Assembly (NCBI GenBank): GCA_030698625.1 | Contig: JAUYMS010000040.1 | Span: forward strand, 21,499-85,498 | Source: Candidatus Omnitrophota bacterium | Lineage (GTDB): Bacteria; Omnitrophota; Omnitrophia; Omnitrophales; Aquincolibacteriaceae | Direction: 5' to 3' | DNA length: 64,000 bases | In this document: positions 38,182-47,342 of the stretch, one piece after another | Numbering within the stretch: the stretch's first letter is position 1 | How the letters are laid out: each line of letters opens with the position of its first letter | Notes under the pieces: model-generated | Seen by the model: the letters and a program-made list of their open reading frames with translations, nothing else | Told to the model about the DNA's origin: nothing | Database searches by the model: none | Position numbers and translations under genes: made by a program

Positions 38182-38957
38182 TGAAAACAGCGAGATTACG
38201 GTCCGCTCTGGCGGACATTCGCGGAAGCGTCAGTTACAGAGTGCACCTAGCGAGCATACGCATGAAGAGTCTCTGTGCTCCTCGCGGGAAAAAAGAAGAT
38301 TTCAATTTTGACCGGCTGCTTTCGCGTCTCTGGGATAATTACAGCACAGACGACCACCCCAAAGACCGCAGAATGCGTATATTGCGCGACAAACGGGTCG
38401 CCGGCATGGGGGTTGAGAATATCCGTTATCTGACCAATGAAATGGTTAGACGGGTTGCGCAGAATGGAGTGTATCTCGAGGTCGGGACCTACCGCGGAAG
38501 CAGCCTTCTGAGTGCCGCACTCTTCAATGACACTACGCGGTGTATCGGTATTGATAATTTTTCCCAATTTAACAAAAGAGAGAAAAACGAGTATGCCTTG
38601 AAGAGAAATTTGGCAAAATTCGGGAGGCTCCGAAATATTGAGTTCTACAACAAAGATTACCGGGAAGCGCTGCGCGAACTCTTCGAGAGAGAGCCGCATT
38701 TGAAAGTGAACGTCTATTATTATGATGGGAAACACTCTTACCGCGACCAACTCGAGGGGCTTGAAGTCATGCTGCCGCATTACGCCGAGCGGTGCATAAT
38801 TCTGGTTGATGACATCAACTGGCCGGATCCTGAGCGCGCATCCGAAGATTTTCTAAGGAAGAACCCGTCATTTCGAACGCTTCTAAAAATAAAGACATCC
38901 GCGACTCCCGCGCCGAACTGGTGGAACGGATTTCAGGTGATAGCCCGTGGCATTTAA
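38181..38957 (+). CDS. Class I SAM methyltransferase (Methyltransf_24)
   Basis: YLEVGTYRGSS, IDNFSQF, YYDGKH, VDDINW; start at TAATG overlap. Confidence 0.85.
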   Translation: MKTARLRSALADIRGSVSYRVHLASIRMKSLCAPRGKKEDFNFDRLLSRLWDNYSTDDHPKDRRMRILRDKRVAGMGVENIRYLTNEMVRRVAQNGVYLEVGTYRGSSLLSAALFNDTTRCIGIDNFSQFNKREKNEYALKRNLAKFGRLRNIEFYNKDYREALRELFEREPHLKVNVYYYDGKHSYRDQLEGLEVMLPHYAERCIILVDDINWPDPERASEDFLRKNPSFRTLLKIKTSATPAPNWWNGFQVIARGI

Positions 38958-39699
38958 CGTTAAAGTAACTATTCAAGAAACTCTCGTCGAACTTTGCCGG
39001 GGTATCAGCACGGGCGCTAACCGGATTGTTGCGCGCTGGGAACCCGCACGCAAACAGCGAGAGCGAAAGCGCCTGGCCGAGCAGCTTAAGGGACAGAGTC
39101 GAATTCATGTTGGCTGCGGAGAAATTTTTGTCCCGGGTTGGTTGAATATCGGACTACTGCCGAGTGATCGCTTTCCATACGCCGAGATGGTGCGGGCCCA
39201 AAACGGTGCCTTGGCACTTAGTTTCGACGTCTCAGACCTTTTGCCCATCGAGAACGATTCGCTTCATTACATCTATGCCAGCCATTTCATTGAGCATTTA
39301 AAATTGGAGACAGGAATCACATTTCTCAAGCGTTGCTACAAAATGCTGAACGCCGACGGGGTTCTACGACTTACGTTCCCAGACATGGAATTGTGGGTGA
39401 ATAAATACTACGAGAACGATGCCGCTTTTTTTGAGGGGTACAAGTCCATCTACCTCACGCCGAAGCGGGCGCGTCATGCCCAAACTAAGGGGCAGATCTT
39501 CATGTCGCAGGTTCATGGCTTCGGACATCGGTGGAATTACGACTTTGATTCCATGCGGAATATTCTGGAGAAAATCGGCTTCAGTCATATTACACGCAAA
39601 GGTGTTTGGGAAAGTGAGCTCCCGGACATAGATCGACTCGAGCCGAAGGAAGCCGGACGCATCATGGAAACAGCCTATGTTGAGGCCCATAAGGTTTAA
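38947..39699 (+). CDS. Class I SAM methyltransferase (Methyltransf_11-like)
   Basis: IHVGCG..PGWLN, SHFIEHL, GVLRLTFPD. Confidence 0.85.
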   Translation: MAFNVKVTIQETLVELCRGISTGANRIVARWEPARKQRERKRLAEQLKGQSRIHVGCGEIFVPGWLNIGLLPSDRFPYAEMVRAQNGALALSFDVSDLLPIENDSLHYIYASHFIEHLKLETGITFLKRCYKMLNADGVLRLTFPDMELWVNKYYENDAAFFEGYKSIYLTPKRARHAQTKGQIFMSQVHGFGHRWNYDFDSMRNILEKIGFSHITRKGVWESELPDIDRLEPKEAGRIMETAYVEAHKV

Positions 39700-39701
39700 A
39701 T

Positions 39702-40538
39702 ATGGATAAACTTAGCGTTGTAATCACATGCTACAAACCGGGCGAAAAACTGGCGGAGGCTTTCGCCAGCTTGCGGGCACAAACGGATAATGACTTTGAG
39801 ATTATCATTGTCAATGACGCCTCGCCGAGTGAGGATCTTAATCAAGCTTGCCGGCAACTTGAGACGGATGAGGCCGTTGGCGTGATTTGGCGGAGAAAAA
39901 ACGGGGGCGCGGCCGCGGCCCGAAATGACGGCTGCCGAGCCATTGCCGGCAACATCTATATACCCCTGGACGCAGATGACGTATTACCGCCGGATGCCGT
40001 TGCTACCATTCGGCACACTTTTGACGAATGGCCCGCCGCTGACTTCGTGTTCGGCGATTATCTTTACCGTCCTGATGGAGGTGCCGAAAAAGTTATGAAT
40101 GCCGGGGCTATGTGCGGTAGTGACGGCTGGCTAAGACCGCAGTCGCTAGCCAAGAGATTTGGAATCTACGGGGGAAGCCCCTTCCGAAAAATCGCGTGGG
40201 AACGAGTCAGCGGCTATGATGAAAGCGTTCCGTCAGGACATGAAGACGTCGATTTCTGGCTGCGCATGGTCAACTCCGGAGCGCGGGGCCGGTACGTGAA
40301 CCATTTGCTCTATATCTGGCAGCGCTCAGAACGGGGGATGGGAAGTCTCGTCCCCAAGGCGAAAAAGATGCGCATCAAGTGGGTAAAGAACGCCCCGTTT
40401 TATGACCGCTACGCCCATCCGATCGGATGGAGAAAAAAGGTGATACGCGAGGCCCTCAAGGAAAGTGATTACGGCTTGGCGGTAAGACTTTTTTTCGGGC
40501 TCATTCTATCGAAATTGAAATTAAGGGAGAAGGTATGA
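39702..40538 (+). CDS. Glycosyltransferase family 2
   Basis: LSVVITCY, VNDAS, AARNDG, LDADD, EDVDFWLR. Confidence 0.92.
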   Translation: MDKLSVVITCYKPGEKLAEAFASLRAQTDNDFEIIIVNDASPSEDLNQACRQLETDEAVGVIWRRKNGGAAAARNDGCRAIAGNIYIPLDADDVLPPDAVATIRHTFDEWPAADFVFGDYLYRPDGGAEKVMNAGAMCGSDGWLRPQSLAKRFGIYGGSPFRKIAWERVSGYDESVPSGHEDVDFWLRMVNSGARGRYVNHLLYIWQRSERGMGSLVPKAKKMRIKWVKNAPFYDRYAHPIGWRKKVIREALKESDYGLAVRLFFGLILSKLKLREKV

Positions 40539-41509
40539 AATCTGTTGTTACAGGAGCCGGGGGTTTTGTCGGCCATCACCTCGTCAGCTATTTAAAGAAA
40601 AAGGGGCATGAAGTCATTGCAATCGACATCAAGGAGCCGGAGTTTGCCCGTTCGGAGGCTAGTAAGTTCATACTTCAGGATCTGCGCGAGCCCGTAAAGA
40701 AAATTCAGCCGCTTTTTGAGGGCGCTGATCAAGTGTGGGCCCTGGCTGCGGATATGGGGGGAATGGGCTTTATTTCTCAGAACCACGCCTATTGCATGAG
40801 CAATAACGTCACGATTAATATTCAGACCCTCGAGGCAGCTCGAAACGCCCGCGTAAAGCGCTATCTCTACACGTCAACAGCCTGCGTTTATCCGCATCAT
40901 CTGCAGTTGACTCCGGATGTGACACCCCTCGCCGAATACATGGCCTATCCGGCAGGACCGCAAGACGGGTATGGCTGGGAGAAACTCTACACGGAGAAAC
41001 TTTGCCAGTATTACCGACTCGAATACGGCCTGGAAACCCGTATTGTGCGATTTCACACCATGTACGGTCCGCTGGGCACCTGGACGGGCGGCAAAGAAAA
41101 ATCGCCGGCTGCGCTCTGTCGCAAAGTTGCCGAGGCTGTTCTCACCGGGGGCAATTCCATTGAGATATGGGGTGACGGCGAGCAGACGAGAACCTTTTGC
41201 TATGTGGACGACACACTTAAAGGCCTGGACGGCATTATGAATTCCGATTATTCCGACCCCATCAATTTGGGGCGTGACGAGATGGTGACCATTAATGAAT
41301 TGGCGGATGTCATTATGAAGGTGGCCGGCGTTAAGCTAAAGAAGACCTATGTGGAGGGCCCGCAGGGAGTTCGGGGGCGTAATTCGGACAACACTCTTTG
41401 CCGCGAGATTCTCGCTTGGAGTCCTGAAATCGATTTGGAAACGGGCCTTCGCCTGACGTATCCGTGGATCCTTAAAGAGGTTCGCCAAGCATTAGAAATT
41501 AAGAAATAA
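40535..41509 (+). CDS. GDP-mannose 3,5-epimerase-like protein, copy A
   Basis: GAGGFVG, LAADMGGMGFI, STACVY, YGWEK, EKSPAALCRK, GVRGRNSDN. Confidence 0.9.
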   Translation: MKSVVTGAGGFVGHHLVSYLKKKGHEVIAIDIKEPEFARSEASKFILQDLREPVKKIQPLFEGADQVWALAADMGGMGFISQNHAYCMSNNVTINIQTLEAARNARVKRYLYTSTACVYPHHLQLTPDVTPLAEYMAYPAGPQDGYGWEKLYTEKLCQYYRLEYGLETRIVRFHTMYGPLGTWTGGKEKSPAALCRKVAEAVLTGGNSIEIWGDGEQTRTFCYVDDTLKGLDGIMNSDYSDPINLGRDEMVTINELADVIMKVAGVKLKKTYVEGPQGVRGRNSDNTLCREILAWSPEIDLETGLRLTYPWILKEVRQALEIKK

Positions 41510-41523
41510 GGGAGGAGCGTTAC

Positions 41524-42498
41524 GTGAAATTTATCGTTACAGGCGCCGGTGGTTTTATTGGGCACCACCTTGTGAGCCACTTGAAAAAATCTGGCGCGGA
41601 AGTTATCGGCATCGACATCAAGCATCCCGAATTCGAGCAGTCAAAGGCCGACCGCTTTGAGATACAGGACCTGCGCGAACCCATAACGACATGGAAGCAT
41701 CTCTTTGAGGGCGTTGACGACGTTTGGGCACTCGCGGCAGACATGGGGGGCATGGGATTCATCTCTCAGAATCATGCCCAAATTATGACGAGTAATGTCA
41801 TGATTAACATCCACACGCTTGAGGCCGCCAAGCTGGCTAAAGTGAAGCGCTATCTCTACACATCCTCAGCCTGCGTGTACCCCACACACCTGCAGTCGAA
41901 AACAAATGTCAAGCCGCTAGCCGAGGATATGGCGTATCCCGCAGACCCTCAAGACGGTTACGGCTGGGAAAAAATCTACACCGAGAAAATGTGCCAGTAC
42001 TATCATGCGGAATACGCGCTGGATACACGTATCGTGCGATTTCACAATATCTACGGACCTGCGGGTACTTGGAGGGGCGGCCGTGAAAAGGCCCCCGCCG
42101 CCTTATGCCGGAAGGTTGCCGAGGCCATCGAGACCGGGACAGATGCCATCGAGATCTGGGGCGACGGAGAGCAAACGCGAACCTTCTGTTATATCGATGA
42201 CTGCGTAACGGGTCTTCAGAAAATCATGGATTCCGGATACAACGAGCCGCTCAATCTTGGCCGAGACGAGATGGTTTCCATCAATGAGCTTGCCGATGTC
42301 GTGGCAGAAGTCGCTGGAGTAAAACTAAAAAAAGTTCATGTGGACGGACCTCAGGGCGTTCGAGGAAGAAACTCGGACAACGCTTTATTTCAAAGACTCA
42401 TGGGTTGGAGCCCGGCAATTGATCTCAAAACCGGCATAGCCCAAACCTATCCTTGGATACAGCAACAGGTACGCATGGGGTCAAAGTCCCCCACTTGA
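41524..42498 (+). CDS. GDP-mannose 3,5-epimerase-like protein, copy B
   Basis: GAGGFIG, LAADMGGMGFI, SSACVY, YGWEK, RFHNIYGP, GGREKAPAA, GVRGRNSDN. Confidence 0.92.
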   Translation: MKFIVTGAGGFIGHHLVSHLKKSGAEVIGIDIKHPEFEQSKADRFEIQDLREPITTWKHLFEGVDDVWALAADMGGMGFISQNHAQIMTSNVMINIHTLEAAKLAKVKRYLYTSSACVYPTHLQSKTNVKPLAEDMAYPADPQDGYGWEKIYTEKMCQYYHAEYALDTRIVRFHNIYGPAGTWRGGREKAPAALCRKVAEAIETGTDAIEIWGDGEQTRTFCYIDDCVTGLQKIMDSGYNEPLNLGRDEMVSINELADVVAEVAGVKLKKVHVDGPQGVRGRNSDNALFQRLMGWSPAIDLKTGIAQTYPWIQQQVRMGSKSPT

Positions 42499-42509
42499 TT
42501 TGGAACCCT

Positions 42510-43442
42510 ATGGAAAAAATACAAAATAACTTGAAGAACGCTGAGACGGCCAAATTCCAGCCGAATCTCTTTATCCTCGGGGCAGCCAAATGCGGCACCA
42601 CGACCCTGCATTTTTATCTCGACACCATGCCTGAAATTTGCATGTCCATGCCCAAGGAACCTCACTTTTTTGAAAAGGAATATGATAAGGGGATTACGTT
42701 CTATAGGGACAAGTATTTTGCGCATTGGAACGGGGAAGCCATCATTGGTGAGGCGCGCCACAGAAATCTCTTTCTGCCTTATGTCGCCGAGCGAATCTAC
42801 AGGACAAATCCACAGGCCAAGTTAGTGGCGATATTGCGAAACCCGGTAGCCCGTGCCTATTCTCACTGGTGGCACTTTTATTCGCGCGGACACACCAAGC
42901 TTTCTTTCAGCAAAACGATTCGGGCCAATCGGGAGCGTCTGGAAGCGAGACTCGAAATTCGGAGACCGGATGACTACTTCAAGAGGGGCCTGAAGCCGTA
43001 TGTGAACAAAGACACATGCATCGAATCGGGCTATTACTTTGAACAGATTCAACGCTACCGCGCCTATTTCTCGGACAGCCAAATTAAGCTTATCCTTTTT
43101 GAGGATCTGGTCCAAAACCCGCAGCAAGTATTGGCCGATCTGAGAGCGTTACTGGGGCTGGAACCAGAGAGCAAAATTATTTCGCCTCTCACGAACATGA
43201 ATCCTCACAAACTCAAGCAGGTTTCTCTGCCATTGCGTCGCATTCAGAAAAAGTTTCGCCTCCGGGAAATTCTTCCTGATTTCGCTTACGAGTATCTCAA
43301 GCATTTCTTTAAGCTAAGTCTACGGCGCCCGAGAATGCCCGGACATACGCATCGCTGGCTTATTCAGCATTATGAAGTTCACAACGAAATGCTTGCCAGC
43401 TACATGAATCGTGACTTATCACACTGGAACCGGATGTCATGA
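42510..43442 (+). CDS. Sulfotransferase (Sulfotransfer_1/3-like)
   Basis: GAAKCGTT, KEPHFF, LRNPVARAYS. Confidence 0.9.
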   Translation: MEKIQNNLKNAETAKFQPNLFILGAAKCGTTTLHFYLDTMPEICMSMPKEPHFFEKEYDKGITFYRDKYFAHWNGEAIIGEARHRNLFLPYVAERIYRTNPQAKLVAILRNPVARAYSHWWHFYSRGHTKLSFSKTIRANRERLEARLEIRRPDDYFKRGLKPYVNKDTCIESGYYFEQIQRYRAYFSDSQIKLILFEDLVQNPQQVLADLRALLGLEPESKIISPLTNMNPHKLKQVSLPLRRIQKKFRLREILPDFAYEYLKHFFKLSLRRPRMPGHTHRWLIQHYEVHNEMLASYMNRDLSHWNRMS

Positions 43443-44422
43443 ACCCCGTCTACGTCTTCCTCCATCTTCGCAAAACCGCCGGCAGTACGCTAAAGTACCA
43501 TCTGAGAAAGAATTTCCGGCCCGGCGAAATCATTTTCATAAACCCCAAAAGTGATACGCATGTAAGCGTCTACTTTGAGGATTGGCAGAAAGAAATGACT
43601 CGGGAAGAGTTGGCCGCCTATCTCGGCGGGTTACCCCAAAATAAGAAGGATCGCCTCAGGATGATCTTCGGGCATAGGGTGTATTCAGGGATCCACGAAC
43701 CTCTGGGTCGTCCGGCACGATACATTACGTTTCTTCGTAATCCCGAAACCAGAACGCTTTCCCACTACAACTGGTATCTCGAAAAGAAGATCCGCCAAAA
43801 CGGGAGTAGCACAAAAGCGCGTTTGACCGATGATCACTTCCGCGCCTGGCTTCAAGCCCCTGAATCACCGGACAATTTCATGACTCGTGTCCTCATCGAA
43901 TCCTTTCAATCGAAGCCGTCCACGAAGAGAGAGCTTGCGTCCAACGACCTCGAAAGGGCTAAGACGCTGCTCAAGTCCTTCTATTTTGTAGGTATTACCG
44001 AACAGTATGACCGCGACGCGGCATTTCTCTACGAGCAATTCAGCATCATTCGTTTTTTTTCAAATCAAAAGATCTCAACTAAATATTACGTCCCTGAAGA
44101 TCGCGAGGCCGTCGCAAAACTGATTCGAGACAAGTGTTGGATCGACTGTGACCTTTATGCCTACGCCAATCATTTAAACCAACGCTTTCGAGAGGCAAAC
44201 AAAGAGTTTGCCCGCTGCGTCGGACAGGCGAGACGGGTCAAGCGCGTTGCCGCCAGAATGGGTACGGTCATGCGGTGTGCGGGTACTCTCAAACGACTGC
44301 CATACGCGGTCCTGCCGGAACGCACCAAGCGCCGAGAAGCCTATGATGAAATTTGTCAACAGATACGCGACGCCGTAAAGCGGGTGTTTTTTCGCAAGTT
44401 GGCCCGGAGGGAGTCACGGTAA
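43439..44422 (+). CDS. Sulfotransferase (family 2-like)
   Basis: HLRKTAGST, LRNPETRTLSHY, FVGITE. Confidence 0.85.
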   Translation: MNPVYVFLHLRKTAGSTLKYHLRKNFRPGEIIFINPKSDTHVSVYFEDWQKEMTREELAAYLGGLPQNKKDRLRMIFGHRVYSGIHEPLGRPARYITFLRNPETRTLSHYNWYLEKKIRQNGSSTKARLTDDHFRAWLQAPESPDNFMTRVLIESFQSKPSTKRELASNDLERAKTLLKSFYFVGITEQYDRDAAFLYEQFSIIRFFSNQKISTKYYVPEDREAVAKLIRDKCWIDCDLYAYANHLNQRFREANKEFARCVGQARRVKRVAARMGTVMRCAGTLKRLPYAVLPERTKRREAYDEICQQIRDAVKRVFFRKLARRESR

Positions 44423-44425
44423 GTC

Positions 44426-45355
44426 ATGAAACCAACCGTGTTCATAACGGGGAAACGGGAATATTTGATCACCATGAAGGTATCCGAGTATTCCTTGAAG
44501 AGAAACTCGAAGCATCCTGAGAGTTTTGACGTTAGATTGCTCTACCTGCAGGACTTCCCTTATCTGACGTCTCGGCAAGGCCGGCGCTACAAGCGGGAGC
44601 CTGGCATTTTAAAATGGCACAATGAAGACCCGCAAGCCTTTACACTCCTGCGTTTCCTTCCGCCTCAGCTCATGAACTATGAAAACCGTGCCGTGGTTAT
44701 CGACCCCGACATTTTTGCCGTGGGTGATGTCTATTCGCTCTTAACACGTGACATGCGAGGTAAGGTCATTCTGTGCAAAAAAAAGGATTACACGAACAGC
44801 AAGAAGCCCAACCGTCGATCCCATTTTGCATCGAGTGTAATGCTTCTGGATTGCGCACACCTTAAACATTGGGAGTGGGAAAAGCAGCTCGATGCCATGT
44901 TTCGCATGGAGCGGCATTACAATAACTGGATGAATATGCGTTTAGAACCCGAGGAGACAATCGGCGCTCTCGAGGATGAGTGGAATCACTACGACACCCT
45001 AACGCCCGACACGAAACTCTTGCACAACACCAACCGCAGTACGCAGCCCTGGTTGACAGGTCTGCCCTACGACCGCCGTCTTAAGAAGCATGTTGAAAAG
45101 ATGTTTGGCGTCTTTCCTGCCGCGTGGAGAGAGGGGATATGCTCTCTTTTACGCGGTGAAGGTTACTTGCCATACGGCCGCCACGAACGCCATCCGGACG
45201 CAAATCAGGAAAAGCTATGGTTTTCTCTCCTTAAAGGCGCCCTTCGCGACGGCTTTATTAGTGAGTCTGATCTACGTAACGAGATCGAAAAAAAGCATGT
45301 CAGGTCTGACGCCTTGGCAATTCTCGAGACCGCGGAGGAACCTGCACTCGCATGA
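44426..45355 (+). CDS. Putative GT-A (GT8-like) glycosyltransferase
   Basis: FTLLRF, VIDPDIF, SSVMLL, EWN, LLHNT..TQPW. Confidence 0.6.
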   Translation: MKPTVFITGKREYLITMKVSEYSLKRNSKHPESFDVRLLYLQDFPYLTSRQGRRYKREPGILKWHNEDPQAFTLLRFLPPQLMNYENRAVVIDPDIFAVGDVYSLLTRDMRGKVILCKKKDYTNSKKPNRRSHFASSVMLLDCAHLKHWEWEKQLDAMFRMERHYNNWMNMRLEPEETIGALEDEWNHYDTLTPDTKLLHNTNRSTQPWLTGLPYDRRLKKHVEKMFGVFPAAWREGICSLLRGEGYLPYGRHERHPDANQEKLWFSLLKGALRDGFISESDLRNEIEKKHVRSDALAILETAEEPALA

Positions 45356-46209
45356 TTACATTCGTAATCTTTCATGTAGATAATACGGGTAAGCGCAAGA
45401 AAAAGGGTGGGGATCCGCGACGGATGATGTACCTGCTGTTTCGATCCGCCGAACTTCACCACCCCCATTGCCGTAAGGTCGTAATCTCCGACCTCCGCAC
45501 CGACCTATCCTATCTGGCACCGGATATTGAGATCAAACGCTATGACGTTGATCCGACACAAATAGCGCTGAGCCGTTGGAACTCGCGCAATCAATTCCTT
45601 GCCGATCAGGATTTTTCATCTCATTTTGTCTTGCTTGATTACGATATTCTCGTGAACGCAAATCTCCTGCCCCTTTTCGATCAACCTTTTGACGTCGCAT
45701 TAACTTACCGCCATCGCACCGAAGCGGACAAAAGGCCAAAACTCAAGATTAACGGCGGCATCTTGTTTCTAAAGGCAAACAGAAAAGCGGCATCCATGTC
45801 ATTTTTGAACCGCGTTTTTACTACCTACAAAGAAAAATTCATTTCCCGTCCCGATTGGTGGGGAGGACAGTACTCAATGAACGAGGTTGTCGGCCATGCG
45901 AACGTGCCTGAGTCAGGGACCCGCACTGTTAAAACCGGAGATTCTACGATCCTGCTTCTGCCTTGCGACCAGTATAATTTTTCGCCCTCTAACCGCTATC
46001 GTTCGATCGCTGCGGAGTTTCAAACCCAGAAAATCCTCCATTTCAAGGCAAGATGTAGGCGACTCATGAATTTATATTGGGATATTTACTTTACAAGACG
46101 CATCACAAAGAATCCAGGGGTTGCACTGCAATCCCTTTTAAAACGATTGCACTTGCTGTGGCTCATCATCTATGAGCGGGCATTTCCCAAAAGGTCCATA
46201 AAATCATGA
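45352..46209 (+). CDS. Putative GT-A nucleotide-diphospho-sugar transferase
   Basis: LDYDILV, FDVALT, INGGI, GGQ, YN, ILHFK. Confidence 0.65.
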   Translation: MITFVIFHVDNTGKRKKKGGDPRRMMYLLFRSAELHHPHCRKVVISDLRTDLSYLAPDIEIKRYDVDPTQIALSRWNSRNQFLADQDFSSHFVLLDYDILVNANLLPLFDQPFDVALTYRHRTEADKRPKLKINGGILFLKANRKAASMSFLNRVFTTYKEKFISRPDWWGGQYSMNEVVGHANVPESGTRTVKTGDSTILLLPCDQYNFSPSNRYRSIAAEFQTQKILHFKARCRRLMNLYWDIYFTRRITKNPGVALQSLLKRLHLLWLIIYERAFPKRSIKS

Positions 46210-47342
46210 AAACGCTGCTGAGACTTGACGGAAAGCGTCTCGCCCTGAATCTTACACTCTTAGCGACGGTATTAGTCATGATCGGCTCCGTTCTAGAGGT
46301 CGGCGTATTCCGCATGAATATGCACCGTATCCCCATGAGGTTTCACGGCCATATCGACCGCTACTTCTACGCGTTTGCTCAGAGTTCTAAGGCCGTGGTT
46401 ATGCCAAAGAATTATATTGCTATTGCGGGAGATTCCTACGCTCAGGGAGAGGGGGACTGGCGGATCGAGGCGAACGTCTGGAAAAACCCGCCATTTGCCT
46501 CACAGCACGTTCTCCAGGAACTCACAGGCCAGGACGTCATTAATAGCGGCGCGGGCGGCGGAGACAGCCTTCGAACGCTCGCTGTACGCCCGGTTGCCCA
46601 ATACCGTTTTCTAAACTCGACCCTTCTTTATCGTATCAAGAAGCCTGACATCATCTTATCTTACGTCTATGAGGGAGGGCTAAACCGCAGCCTAGCCTTC
46701 CTTGAGCAGAACTATTTACCACGGTACGATCCTGCGCGAATCTACGACCGGGCCTATTTCCGGCAATTTATCGATGATATCGTGACGCAAAGCATCCCGA
46801 CGGCGATCGCACGGCGTTTTGTTTTGCCTCGATTTCTCTTACGCCTGTGGAACAATTTTCGTGTCCGGCTCGCAAAGCTTTTCCCGCCCATATCGCCCTT
46901 TTATGGTAAACGTACGCGGACAGACTCGGGGGCAAAGGAGGTTGCTAAGTCTTTCCCTGATTACAATAGTGAAGAGGGCCTCAAGCTTTCGTTGTACGTT
47001 ATTCAGCAATCGCTCACCTATCTGACGGATTTTTTTCCAGAAGCGCGTCACTACATCGTTTATATTCCCGATATCCATACCTCCTATGAAATGCCGGTTG
47101 ACGGGACGGCTCGGGACAATCTTCTGCCCGAGTTCCTACGGAGCGACGAAATCAGCGATGCTCTAAAAATAATCTCTGTAGCCGTCGGTTCAACTTATAT
47201 TGATTCACGCCCTGCCATCAGGGCTGCTTCGCAGGCAGGCCGCGTCCACGGCGTGATTGATAAGGCACACTTTAACCGCAAGGGTTACACCGTACTTGCG
47301 GAGACAATACTACCTTACCTGGAAGGGGATAAAACCCAATGA
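46206..47342 (+). CDS. Membrane-anchored SGNH hydrolase-like protein
   Basis: N-terminal TM helix, GDSYAQG, INSGAGG, HFNRKGY. Confidence 0.7.
   Translation: MKTLLRLDGKRLALNLTLLATVLVMIGSVLEVGVFRMNMHRIPMRFHGHIDRYFYAFAQSSKAVVMPKNYIAIAGDSYAQGEGDWRIEANVWKNPPFASQHVLQELTGQDVINSGAGGGDSLRTLAVRPVAQYRFLNSTLLYRIKKPDIILSYVYEGGLNRSLAFLEQNYLPRYDPARIYDRAYFRQFIDDIVTQSIPTAIARRFVLPRFLLRLWNNFRVRLAKLFPPISPFYGKRTRTDSGAKEVAKSFPDYNSEEGLKLSLYVIQQSLTYLTDFFPEARHYIVYIPDIHTSYEMPVDGTARDNLLPEFLRSDEISDALKIISVAVGSTYIDSRPAIRAASQAGRVHGVIDKAHFNRKGYTVLAETILPYLEGDKTQ

Noticed and set aside
46220-46229. GAGACTTGAC as a fifth repeat copy
   Set aside because: Only 10 bp of one arm, inside a coding region, with no hairpin partner or CCCC tail; compatible with chance
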